From NCBI RefSeq assembly GCF_009914755.1, contig NC_060931.1: a DNA stretch of 64,000 bases. One strand, written 5' to 3'. Shown here piece after piece: positions 1 through 15,154 of the stretch. A program made the translations under genes and the position numbers. The notes beneath the pieces were generated by a model, which was given only the letters and a program-made list of their open reading frames with translations, did no database searches and had not been told where the DNA came from. Source of the stretch: the human T2T-CHM13v2.0 reference genome, Homo sapiens. Every line of letters begins with the position of its first letter. Position 1 is the first letter of the stretch.

Positions 1-79
1 TTTCTTCTCTCTCTCTCTTTCTTTCTTTTTCTTTCTTCTTTTCTTTTTTGAGACAGGGTCTCACTCTCTCACGTAGGCT
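1..79 (-). mobile_element. Alu 3' terminal fragment with CT/T-rich degenerate tail
   Basis: T/C-rich tract followed by TTTTGAGACAGGGTCTCACTCT, the reverse complement of an Alu 3' end. Confidence 0.7.
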
Positions 80-1975
<1,896 letters not shown>

Positions 1976-2089
1976 ATCTCTATTTTAATTATGCTATCAC
2001 ATCTAAATACTTAATCACCTAATTTTCTTTCAACTCTTAAATTGTTGTAGTATGTCTTCAACCAATTATTCTTTAAAAATATGTGTCAT

Positions 2090-3110
2090 ATAATATTTTG
2101 AATCCTTGACTCTGAAAATTTAACTTTGGTGGTCATACATGAAAGCCAACTTAGCTAGGTATAAAATTCTTAGGTTATAACACATCTTTTTTTTCTAATT
2201 CAAAGACTTCTATTGACTTTTCATGTTTAATGGTTACTATTCTGGTTTGTTTTGAGTAATTTTAATAACCGCAGTTTATTTACAAAATTCAGACTAATTA
2301 TTTTGTTCCCATGCCAACAAAATACATTTGTTCCCAGGCAGCTGGTGTGATGCATCATTCTAAGACTTTTTATGAGAGATAGAACCACATTTAATTTTGG
2401 CCACATCTTATTCTCATGACAGTTTGAATACTTGCCTCTGTTTTCTGAAAAAAAAAAAAAAGAAAAGAAAAAAAAACCTTGAACCACAGTGTCAAAGACA
2501 ACACATTTTTTTTTTAATGTAGGTGTAGCTTCACTGACATCTAGCATATAGAGATGCAAATTCAACATATAGAGATGTCTGAGGCTACCCTGATTCTTGT
2601 TCCATCATAGGAAACTGGTTTTGCCTCCTGCAAATGAGAATATTTTCTTTATTTTTGCAATTCAAGTGTTTTGCCAAGAGGTTTACAAGTGTGGGTCAAT
2701 TTTCAATAATTTTTATCTGGAATGTAGTGAGTTCATCAAGTCTCCAGGTCTTTCTTCAGCTCAGAAAAGTTGTATTAGATTATATATTTCATTATTTCTT
2801 TGTGTAGCATTTCTGGTTATGTACAATTCAGGCCTCTCCTTTGTAAATCAGAATGATTTGCCATTCCCTATTCTGTATGTCTACTGACTTTCAATTTTCA
2901 TTGTATGTTTTTCTCTGTAGTCAGTTCTTATTTTGTTACCTTTTAATCTCATTTTATTCTCTTATTTTCAGATTTTTGCACCTATTTATTGAGATTATTT
3001 CTATTTGCACTCTTCTAAATATACCAATTAGTTTTCTGAAATTGTTTTCTAAATCTTGTAGTAAATATTTCCTAATCTTATACTTTTCTTCTGAGTCTTT
3101 GTTACATTGT
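2090..3110 (-). mobile_element. Ancient L1M ORF1/5' region, interrupted at 2187-2499
   Basis: ttagctaggtataaaattctaggtt ... gtctgaggctaccctgattc resembles antisense ORF1 of old L1s. Confidence 0.55.
2187..2499 (-). other. Orphan retrotransposed non-repeat insert (short retrocopy or orphan transduction)
   Basis: Direct repeat AACACAT+T-run at 2179 and 2500; T8 tail 2187-2194; minus-strand ATTAAA at 2226-2231; host L1 appears to resume after 2500. Confidence 0.55.
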
Positions 3111-3111
3111 T

Positions 3112-5100
3112 ATTTTTCTTTTTTTTTTTATTACCTAAAAGGCAACAGAGGTTAAATGGACATTTGTTTAATGAATAAGGAGGGTAAGAAAGGTGAAATC
3201 TTTTCCAGATATTGGGTATGTGAATTACCTTTGGCCTCTCTTTGACTCTACTTATGTAATGGTTGAATTCACTTTTCAGATCTGTAGCTGCAGGCTAACT
3301 GATTTACACAGTTTCCAATCTAATACCCAGGCTTTCAACTAATGTGTCTTTCTATTAAGATGGCATCTATTCCTACATCTGATGTCCACCTGTCTGATAG
3401 TGATGGAATGCATGAACAAGCATAATTCCCATGGCTATCAACTTTCTTCCTATGTCTGCACATGCCTATAATAAGTTTCTCTTGGTGGTTACTAACCCCA
3501 TGTACAATGCTCAAATGAAAGTTTTCTACCTGGCATTCGCTCTTTGACTGTAAGAAGATGTCATTAGATCAGAGAGGTTTATAGGCAGATGGGAACAGTA
3601 GTTCAGCTGTGTCTGGTCGTTGAAGGAAAGACTTATGCCCAGTGTTCTGGGTGGTAAAACTGGAATCTCTGAGTCAGTGGTGGTACAAAATACAGTAAAT
3701 ACAGTATCATTCAACATTTTATCTCTTTTTTTGTATGCCCATTTATTGTGAAGTTAGAAGATACTAAATACAGAGCTATGAGCCAACATCATTTTGTGCC
3801 AGAAGTCTACTTCTAGTATATTTTTAAAGTATTAGGTTTTGTTGTAAAATCCAGCCAAAATCTAAGGCATTTATTTTGAATGAAGACACACTGCTGTTTG
3901 TCTTATCATACACACCTCCTCCTACACACTCTTATATGTAAATATGCCAAAATTAAATACTCACACTGTACACTGACTCCAGACACTTGATAAAGGACTT
4001 TTGAGATAATTTATAAATATCTATTAAAGTAAAATAATAGCAACCGTTGTCAAAAAAAGCATCCACTTAAGTATATGCACAACTGAGGGTCTTCAAAATC
4101 ATTTTATGTTGACCTATTTTTTCATTTTATTATAATGCTGACATAATATTCTTTTCCAAATCACTTCAGAGTTATCAACTCCTCTCTCTCACAAATTCCC
4201 AGTCCAATTAGCAAATCCTTATGTATCCCATTAAACAATTTTTTATAGTGTCTTGCAGAGTTCCACATCCAACATTATCTATCTCTAGCCTGTGGTTCTT
4301 CCCATAGGAATTCTTTTGCAATTCTTAAATGTCAAATCATTTATTTTCAAAAGAAAAACTGATAAACAAATTGCAGAAAAATGTGTGTTTTTCTCCCAAG
4401 AAAGATTACTGCAAAATATAGGAAAAACTCATAGACCTCTGATTTATCATCTACAATAATCCTGCTTTCCACATTGGCCTCAACTAGTCCCACACTTCTT
4501 TCCTTCCTAATTGCAAAAGCATAGCTGCGGAATGGCATTAACTATGGAACCAAAGGCAGGAAAATGCTCAATTTAAAAAGCTAGGAAGACATGGGCTGTA
4601 TATAGTTATGCATTCTTCATTTAAAACATTTTTAGCAGCCATCTTACTGATTGATTTTCTTCACCCTCTATTGGCATGTGTTTTTTAAAAGGCAGTTAAC
4701 ATGGTCCAAACCACTGTTTTTACTGTTTTTAGGTCCCTGTTTTTCTTTGTTTGAACAATGGCTGTAATCATGTTTTCTCAGGTCTCTTAGAAGTTACACT
4801 AATAAGTAGCAGACAGTTCTGTCCCATGCATTCTAAAAGCAGCTTTCTCATGTGGCAAGACAAGAAAGGAAAAAAAAATCATTGAACCTAAAATGAGGCC
4901 CTATATCTGAGAGCCTGTGAGGTCATGTCTGCACAGCATTTTGGAGTTCTGCTAACGTTTTTCTAATGGAGGTAGGGGTGAGTTGGTGATGACATAAAGG
5001 GCCCCTGAGAGGAAACTGTCAACTTTTGCTTAGGTGACAAGACCAGTTCAGAAAAACAAACAAACAAACAAAGAATGATACAATCAGCTCTCTACTCCTC
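3112..5100 (-). pseudogene. Possible retrocopy of an mRNA 3'UTR (parent unknown, right boundary uncertain)
   Basis: T-run 3112-3129, minus-strand ATTAAA 3167-3172, then ~2 kb AT-rich sequence with no repeat I recognise, abutting an L1. Confidence 0.35.
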
Positions 5101-5809
5101 CCCTCCTCCACTTGCAGAAATGGAGTTGAGGCTTGTCTAAATCACCTCCACAGCCTTCCTCTGCCTCCTTTGAAAATAGGTGTTGATGTACAGATCAATA
5201 CTCTTTAGTTCTTGCTACCCTCACTGGAAAAAGTACAAAGTTGGCCAAATGTGTTTCTGAAAAGTTTATTTCCAAGCTAAACCCAAGGCACAGTTGTGCC
5301 CACAGGACCATCTGTTGGCTCATCAAATAAGCACCAGAAAATACATCTGGCTGTGCATCTGGGAAACAAAGGTTAATTTCAAAATTGGCAGAAGAATTTG
5401 TGGGGGGATATCTCTCATTGTCTTGTGCAACGACTTATGAGATCATCTTAGTGAAGAAAGAACCCAAAGAGCATGGCCCAAGGGCCGAGTAAGGCAGAGA
5501 GTGATGAACTGCTCTGCCTCACAAGCTGAAGCTTGGGTTCCCAGGGCAATCCCCAGAAGGAAGAGAGCTGGCCCTGGAATAGGAAAGGGAGGACTAGGAT
5601 GGCGGAGTGGAGGGAGACAGCCCAGAAGAGTGGCTGGAGGTTGAAAGCAGAAGAGAAAGCAGTCTCCCAGAAGTTCCCTATGGTGGGTATGATGGAGATA
5701 CTTTTAATATCTGAATTGTTTGATATCTAGTCTTAAGGTTTTTTGCATTATATTGTCAATTCTCTTTATTTGCCATATTTATATCCTATGAAGTTGCTGC
5801 AAACCCTGA

Positions 5810-7290
5810 ATCTTGGGGTGGGGAAGGCCTTTTAAAGCATGATGTCACAGGCAGAAATCATAAAGGAAAGATCAATGAATTCAATGGATAAAAATTTAAA
5901 AATTTAAAGCTGTATAGCAAAGAAACAAACAACAACCTACAAGCAAAATGACAAACTGGAAAAAAGCATTTACAGTATTTTTGAAGAAGGATTAATATTC
6001 TTAATATACATAATTCTTTACAAATAAACAAGAACATAGAAAGATAATTAAAAGGTACAAGCAAGTGCTATGGACTGAATATTTGTGTCCCCAAAATTCA
6101 TATGTTGACATCCTAATCCCCAATGTGATGGCATTTGGAGATGAGGCCTTTAGGAGGTAATTAGGTCGTGAGGGTGGAGCCCTCATGTGGGATTAGTTCT
6201 CTTGTAAGAAGAGACATGAAAGAGCTTGCCTTTCCCTCTCTCCCCTCTATCATGTGAAGACACAGCAAGAAGATAGCCACCTGCAGACAGGAAATGGCCC
6301 TCACTAGACTTCAGGTCTGCTGGCACCTTGATATTGGACTTCCCAGTCCTCAGAACTGTGAGAAATAAATGTCTGTTGTTCAAACCACCTAGTCTTTGGT
6401 ATATTTGTTATAGCAGCCTGAACTGAATAAGACAGCAAACAAATCTACCCCTCTCCAAAGTATAACTAAAGACCAGGAAAAAAAAGAAATAAAATAAATT
6501 TGAGATCACAGTAACCAAATAACTGAGAATTAGAATGATATACTTTTTTTAACCCATCAAATGGGCAAAGATGAAGGGAAAAATAGCATCTGTCATCTGT
6601 CAGTCTGTCGGAGAAAGAAGTCTACATCTACTGACATGGGAAGCAACGTAATACATGTGTTTAAAGGGCAATTCAGCAAGGGTAAAATATCGAAAGCCAG
6701 CACCAGATATCAAAAGTCTTGAAAATGTGCATATCATTTGCTATAGCAAATCTCCCCTTAGTATCCTTTTCTAAGAAAATTATTATAAATGTTCATCTTT
6801 AACTATAAGAATTTTTAACGCAGTGTTGTTTAAAATAAGTACCCAACCATATCATGTTTTGGTAATTAAAGCATGGTAAATGCAGACATGGAGTATCATG
6901 TAGCCATTAAAAGAGCATTTTAATACATGGAAAGGTGTCCACAATATAAAATGTAATTAAGTGAAAAATCAATTTATAAAACAATGTCTTCAGTTATTCA
7001 TGTAATCAATTACTTTAATAAATATTTGTTAAGTTTCAATGTGCCGTGGCAGTGATCACATAAGTAGTACTATAACAGTCCCTGACATATTTTTTAAACT
7101 ATATGCACACAGAAATATATATTACAACACATACACACAGAAAAAATACTGGAAGTCTATCCACTAAAGTATTAATAGTAGATATCTCTGAATACATGTG
7201 ATTTTCATTTCTTACACTTTAATTATGATTTCTAAATTTTGTACAGTAAACTTATTTCCTTCTGTAGGAATACAAATCTTAATTTTTTAA
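5810..7290 (+). mobile_element. L1ME-like ORF2 end/3' region, interrupted by MLT1A
   Basis: A-rich; atgacaaactggaaaaa, ggattaatattcttaatatac, gtagccattaaaa resemble old L1 3' ends. Confidence 0.7.
6066..6434 (+). mobile_element. MLT1A/MLT1A0 solo LTR (ERVL-MaLR)
   Basis: TGCTATGGACTGAAT...GAATAAGACA termini, internal AATAAA, flanks GCAAG/GCAAA (5-bp TSD, 1 mismatch). Confidence 0.9.
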
Positions 7291-7639
7291 ATCATTTCCC
7301 TGTTTTACTCTCCTTTTCTTTTTACATTCTTTAACCATTTCCCCCTCTCTCCCAGTGTGATATCTTGATGTAGAACCAGAATAGGAAATGAATTTCACCT
7401 GAAATAGTAAAGTGGCCCAAGACAGACAATGAGGCTGAGGAACTTTGCAGGCAAAGAAATGCATGCTGAGTAGAGTAACCTCCTATTTATCAGAAAGGAA
7501 GGAGAATGGTACCTATTTGGATTATCAGAGATTTAACTCACAGCCCAAGCTTCTTTTGAGCATCTCCTTCTGTCTACTCGCACTGCCGCTTTCCACCTGG
7601 TTCCCTGAGGCTGGTTTTCCCACCTCCAATCTGTCCTAT

Positions 7640-8040
7640 GTCTCATGCTTTCCACGCTACCTAATACAATCCAAGATCTTCAGCCTGGCATTCAGAGCCC
7701 ATCTGCCTGGTCCCAGCCTACCACCCTTCGTTATCATCCCTACACCTTTCAGTGCAGTCCAACCCAACCACTGCCTGCCCTGCTGGCCTGCCCTGTGCTG
7801 TGGTTTTGCTCATGCTCTGCCTGGTCAAAGCCATCCCTTCATTGGCATCTGCTCAGACCGTACTTTCGCCACAAGACTTTTTCAGCAGTCTTCCTGCCAG
7901 GTTTCCCCATTAGCATATGTTTGTACCTGTATTATGGCACATGTCTCTGCCTGACATTGCAGTTCTTTGTATGAGAGCTGTATCTTTTCTTTGTGTCCTC
8001 AGAGTGCACAGGAACCCAGTGCACATTTTCCCCACTGAAT
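7640..8040 (+). mobile_element. L2 3' fragment
   Basis: cagcctggcattcagagccc...cccagcctacc; tttgctcatgctctgcctgg resemble the L2 3' region. Confidence 0.6.
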
Positions 8041-8071
8041 TCACCATGCTAAATTAGAATTAGCAATTTTC

Positions 8072-8436
8072 TTTGTATTTATTTATTTATTTTTATTATT
8101 AGACTTTAAGTTCTAGGGTACATGTGCACAACATGCAGGTTTGTTACATATGTATACATGTGCCATGTTGGTGTGCTGCACCCATTAACTCGTCATTTGC
8201 ATTAGGTATATCTCCTAATGCTATCCCCCTCCTTCCACCCCACGAGAGGCCTTGGTGTGTGATGTTCCCCTTCCTGTGTCCATGTGTTCTCATTGTTCAA
8301 TTCCCACATATGAGTGAGAACATGCGGTGTTTGGTTTTCTGTCCTTGTGATAGTTTGCTCAGAATGATGGTTTCTAGCTTCATCTATGTCCCTACAAAGG
8401 ACATGAACTCATCCTTTTTTATGTCTGCATAGCATG
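8072..8436 (-). mobile_element. 5'-truncated L1PA (about L1PA4-5) 3' end
   Basis: ACTTTAAGTTCTAGGGTACATGTGCACAACATGCAGG...; perfect 15-bp TSD GAATTAGCAATTTTC at 8057-8071 and 8437-8451. Confidence 0.96.
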
Positions 8437-8959
8437 GAATTAGCAATTTTCAAAGAATGAGAGTGTATAAGTGCACTGGCCACAAAATAGTCTAAATATT
8501 GTATTTTTTAACAGAAGAATACTTTATTTATATAGCATTCTACCATTTATTTATAAATCTCTTTCACATAATGAGAGCCAGACTGGGCAAATATTTTTAT
8601 TTGCAGTTTCCTGGGAAACTGATTTATCTAATGCTACATGGATATTCAGAGGGCAGAGCTGAAATATGAAATCTGATTTCTTCCTTCCCAATGCTGTGCC
8701 TTTTGTTGAACTAACTGGTTTGATTTAGAAGGAACCTCAAGATCTTGCAGTATGAGGGGCATCATTTTAATATTCATTTTCATTGTAGAAATTCTGATAA
8801 TAGGAGCTTTTTGGTTATTTTGTGTCTGAGCAGATTGGAATTTATTTTGTGATTAATTCATCTGGTAAACCAGCATTGTCAGTGCCTGGATGGTCCAGCT
8901 GGCCATCAGGCATTTGTGTCCTGGCCTGTGGCATGACCTCTAGGTATTCCTCTCTTCCC

Positions 8960-9350
8960 AGGTGGGGGCAGGGCGGTCCTGCGTCACGGCTGACACTGCA
9001 GGCTTGCCCGGCCTCCTTCTCGGAGGTCGTTGGACCCTGTAGATTTTCCTACAAATGTCTCTGGCATTCGAGAGGAGAGTAAGCCCCACAGAGCCTGCTT
9101 GTTCACAGAGGGCCTTATCAGTTGTTGATGAGACCCTGTCTAGGCTCACAGACAGGCAGTTTCCTCCAGCCCCAGAGCCCGAGCCCGCTGTGGAGCCAGA
9201 AGAAGGTGATAAGCCTCCGAGAAGATTTTTTAGGAGCCTTGCCTATCTTTCACACCAAGTCGCCAGGGTACATTTTCCATGGTCGCCATTTACAGATAGG
9301 GTGGCTGCTCTCGGATAAGGCTGGGGGCCGGGAAGGGCGGGGGAGTCATT
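8960..9350. promoter_or_regulatory. Candidate enhancer/promoter: GATA cluster, GC boxes, G4
   Basis: Five GATA-type sites within 9113-9318; GGGCGG at 8971 and 9335; TGCGTCA at 8980; raised CpG content; no repeat recognised. Confidence 0.5.
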
Positions 9351-9803
9351 AAAGGGGGCAAATGGTTTTTCCAATTAGCTACCCTTAGGAATCCTCCAGA
9401 ATTCTAAAGGCTTTGTCACTGACAACTTTTTTTTTTTTTTAATTGTAAAAGTTCCTCCCTAGCCGGCCAAGTAAACCCTTCCTGGTTGGCCCTAAAGCAA
9501 TCGGACAGGGCAGGCCCAGAGCCTCAGAGAACGGAGTCTTATTGGGCTTTGACTATTGCGAATATTCTGTCTGCAGCTGCCAGGCAGGAAGGCTGTGGTG
9601 ATAGGGGCAAAGGGGCTGCCACAGAAAATTCCAGTGTAAAGCCCAGTCACTCAGATCCGTCAGGCTATGGTTTATAGATTCTACCACAGACTGACCCTTT
9701 GACGGAGTCTTCCTGCCAACTATGTGGGGCAAGAGCAGAGAGTAACACAAAGAGATGGGTCAGGTGCTTGGCTGGAAAATGCGAGACAGGGTCCTATTTC
9801 TAG

Positions 9804-10203
<400 letters not shown>

Positions 10204-12654
10204 TAGCTTGCTAGGGAAAATTTGAGAGTAAAGCATGAGGTTTGGCGAGAATACAATGGTGTGTGTGTTGGTGGGTGGGTGACAGAGGCTGGCAGCAGTG
10301 TCAGATTGGCTACTCTAGTGTGGAGTTATTTTATAATATGCCATCCAAAAGGCCACTCCCTTTGTGGATTGAAGTTTTCCAAGAGTTAACACTCAGACTA
10401 TTATCAATGCTGTTAAACACGCTGGCATGTTTTTTCCAATGTTGACTCACATGATAATCTTGCTAAGGTGGCTCAGATTCCACGGTGTGGAGCAGGCAGT
10501 CTGGGTCTAGCTCATGTACTTTGGCAAGATGATGCTTGTACTGCCTGTAGGAAGGTGACAGGAATAGGGCTATAAGTGGTAGCCGTAAATGTCATTATTA
10601 TCATTATTATTTCTAGCAAGTAGCAATGATGTGAAAAAGGACTGGGGCCATTACTATGAAAGGAACACATAAGCAAAGTAAAAATGACAAATACAAATGA
10701 TGGGGCCTTATTTAAGCCTCTCTACCAGTCACAGAGAGAAAAACACTGGTAGCTGGTGAGCCCACTGTGTAAATACAATTGCAGGACAGCAGTTCCATTC
10801 CTCCATGGCTGAAGCTTGGACACTCTTCTTTCTGGTTTTTATTTTTCTTGAGAAACCTGAACCCTGGGGAGACAGGCATAGGTAGAAATGCCTTTCCATT
10901 CCGCTTGGAAGAAAGAATAAGCGGTCTTCAGATTAGGTTCCCAAGATTAGTATTTATCTTCCTGTTCTGCTTCCTTTATTTTGGAACTTGATAACTCAAG
11001 GCGACCACCAGCAAGACCACCAACTATTCACCCTCTATGTAAAATTCCATGCTGGAACATGAGTTTTCTGGTTTATTTTGAAGGCGGAAAATAGGTGCTA
11101 ACAGCCTCAGCTCCTGGTGTCAGTGCTGTTAGCCACTGGATACTGCTGGGTCCCAGGCAGCTTACTTTGAAAGAGGCAATTTGGGCCCAGCTGAAATGGT
11201 CATAATGTTGTTTGGAGGCCCCATGTGCCCTTTGAACTTTGCAGACAGACTCTGCCACTAAAGGGGCCTCAGGAATCATTTCATAACATCAATGGTTTTT
11301 CTTTTCATTACAGAGCTGGCAGAGTCATTAGGTACTTCGGTGTCTGTAGAAAGTGCCAAGCCCTTGGCAAATCTGGGTTCATTTACCAGGGTGGGTGGTA
11401 AGCTTATGTGTGTCTATTTATAGGTGAGGAAATAGAAGAAGAGAGAAGGTTACATGGAGCTGTAGGAATCTAAATCCTAGAAGGTTCTGGATCCTGCAAA
11501 CTACACTGCCTAAGTTTGTCTCATTGTGCATTTAGCACAGCATGATGGATGGGGTGGGGAGGCTGTGTTTCCCAGCTTTATGCTCCACAGTGGGTAGTCA
11601 GGCTCATGGACATGCTAAGGCACTGGTTTTAGTATTCCCAGGGCCCATCAGTATGAGACTCAGTACCCTCCTGACCACTCATACTGGCCACTTGGAAGTC
11701 ACGCCTCCCTTGCTAATGGTACATTATCCCACAGGTCTCTCTCTCACCAAGATGGAATGCAGCCAGTCGTCCCCTGGGGAATCCCCATACTTGAGTTACT
11801 ATTTGTCCTAGCATTTATGAGTCTTCCTTTTCACGTATTTTTTTAATAGTAAAATTAAGCAATAGAAAGTATCCATTGGAAAAATAAATACAATGTATAA
11901 TTTTCTTTTTCCTTAAATGAAAGACATCTCTTGTTCTCTTTTCACAATAGCGTCCCTTTCATCCATTATCTAATCAACGAGAATTTCAGTAACCCGATAT
12001 TTTCAAAACGTATTGATTGTTTTAACAAAAGCAAGAAAAATAATAAAGTAAGTAAGACTTTATTAAGAAAATAATTTTAGAGCGACTTTCAAGATATACA
12101 ATAGTAGGGGCAGTATACTTTCCACTTAATACTCAAATTAGTATTTGAGTACCTGGGACAACCAGGCATCAGAGGTCCCTTCAGGGAGGACCCGACTTCA
12201 CTAAATCGGAAACTCTAGAAAACCCCTACCCTACCCTGCCCCTGTCATCTCTACAGAACTGTACCAAGACCTTGAGGCACACTTCAGAATTCTCAAAAAT
12301 CCATCCAAATAATTCAGTCTCATTTGAATGGCAAATGCAGTTTATTGCCTTTTAACTCTGAGAATCATTTAACTCTTTGGACAAATGGCATAACTCAGCC
12401 AACCAAACTACTGAGTTTCCTAGAGCTCTCAGATTTCCTTTCATTCTAGAAAAGCCAGGGGCTTTCTGCAAGAATTAAAAAGGAGGTGATTTCTTTTTTC
12501 CTTTTCCAAATTTGCCAAGTTATTTTCAGTGGATGTCAAAGATGTGCTTATTTTTGTGCAATGCTCAGTTTTAGGCCTTTTAGACTTTTCCTTCCTCCTG
12601 CTGAAGGGACTTCAGAATTTAAAGTAAGTATTTATTTTACAAAATCCTTGCCTT

Positions 12655-13422
<768 letters not shown>

Positions 13423-14233
13423 CTATATACTATGTTATATGGGTTTTATCATCCTTTGACTGATTCATGTGATTCTGAAGGGAGATGCTGTCCTTTCCCC
13501 AGCACTGGGACAACTCCGTAGCTTTCAGGTCTTGCTAGCACCAAGGCAGCGTGCTGTCAGGCAGATGCCAGAGTTCAGCCACCTGCAGTCAGGATCGCTG
13601 ATGTCCAGGACATTTCACAGAGGCTTTTTCCTGGGTCTGTGTTCTTGGCAAAGTGATAATGCTCCTAATTAGCACAGAGACCTGCGTCCAGACAGCCTGA
13701 CAGGCCGGGCCCTTAGACGTGGGGATGGGGAGGAAGCCAGAGGAGGCTCTTCTGCAGGATATGCTCCCAGGCTGAAGCTGAGCCCAGCTAGGAGTGGCTG
13801 AGCACCCAGCTGTGGGGAGGCATGGGCTGGAAGGAAAAGGGAGGCCCTAGATAGAGAGGGCAAGAGGAGAATGTTTTGCTGACAGAAAAGAGATATGTTT
13901 TAGACCAACTTCTAATGCTTGTGTGGTTTTAATCTCGTGGTCAGAGAGCAGTGCTTTTCAGGATAAGCTGACTTAATTTACTGTCTTCTGTGCACTTCTT
14001 CCAATGAGGACCCAGGGAGGCTTCTGCGAAAGAATTTCTCCGTCCTTTTCTGTCTCCTCTCTTTTTCTCCCATAATTAAAGCCCACGAAGACTTTGCTGA
14101 ATGATTTATAACAAGTAGGGGAATCTTAAGAGCAGAACTTCATCTCCCACAATGTGACATCTAGCCCTTTCTCTTTCCCTGTGACAGGCCCTTGAATATT
14201 AGAGACTGTGTACCTCACTGACCCCTATAATAC

Positions 14234-15154
14234 TGTAGTGAATTCAATGGTGGCACCCCAAAACATATGTCCACCTAGAACCTGTGCCTATTCCCTAATT
14301 TGGAAAAAGGGTCTTTGCAGATGTGATTAAGGATCTCAAAATAAGATCATCCTGGATAATCCAGGCAGGCCTTAAATCCAATGACAAGAGTCCATATAAA
14401 AGAAAGGCAGAGGGAGATTTGAGGCAAGGAGAAGGCCAAGTGAGAATGGATACAGAGATTGGAAAAATGCAGCCCAAACTGAGGAACTGCTGGAGCCACC
14501 GGAAGCTGGAAGAGGTAAGGAAGAATTGTTGCTTAGAGCAGTAGTCTCCAACCATTTTGGCACCAGGGACTGGTTTCAGGGAAGACAATTTTTCCACACA
14601 CCAGGGAGTTGGAGGGGGATGGTTTTTGGATGATTCAGATGCATTACATTTATTTTGAACTTTATTTCTATTATTATTAAATTGTAATATATAATGAAAT
14701 AATTATACAACTCACCATAATGTAGAATCAGTGGGAGTCCTGAGTTTGTTTTCCTGCAACTAGACAGTCTTATCTCTTTGGGGAATGGGAGACAGTGACA
14801 GATCATGAGGCATGAGATTCTCATAAGGAGCACGCAGCCTAGATCCCTCGCATGCTCAGTTCACAATAGGGTTTCCACTCCTGTGATAATCTAATGTCCC
14901 TGCTGATCTGACAGGAAGCAGACCTCAGGCAGTAATGCTCCTTCACCTGCTGCTCATCTCCTGCTGTGTGGCCCGGTTCCTAACAGGCCACAGACCAGTT
15001 TGTGGCTTTGGGGTTGGGGACCCCTACCCTAGAGCCTTCAGAGTGAGTGTGATGAAGCTGACACCTGATTTCAGACTAAAGGAATAAATTTCTGTTGTTT
15101 GAAGCCACTGAAGCTTGTGGTAATTTGTTAGAGCAGCTCTAAAAACTGAATACA
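14234..15154 (+). mobile_element. MLT1C-like solo LTR split by MER1A
   Basis: TGTAGTG start; ggaaaaagggtctttgcagatgtgattaaggatctc; aataaatttctgttgtttgaagcc...aataca end. Confidence 0.85.
14539..15026 (+). mobile_element. MER1A (hAT-Charlie) DNA transposon
   Basis: TIR-like ends CAGTAGTCTCCAACC / GGTTGGGGACCCCT; 8-bp flanks GCTTAGAG/CCCTAGAG; internal gattctcataaggagcacgc. Confidence 0.9.

Noticed and set aside
7445-7954. 169-aa ORF
   Set aside because: TTG start and largely overlaps an L2 relic; no protein family resemblance.
8124-8432. 102-aa ORF
   Set aside because: Antisense reading of the L1PA 3'UTR.
8960-9350. CpG island
   Set aside because: CpGs are enriched relative to the flanks but look too sparse and the region too short for a canonical island; not computed.
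12130-12151. Inverted repeat TACTCAAAT-TAGT-ATTTGAGTA
   Set aside because: A 9-bp AT-rich stem is expected by chance at this window size and has no supporting context.
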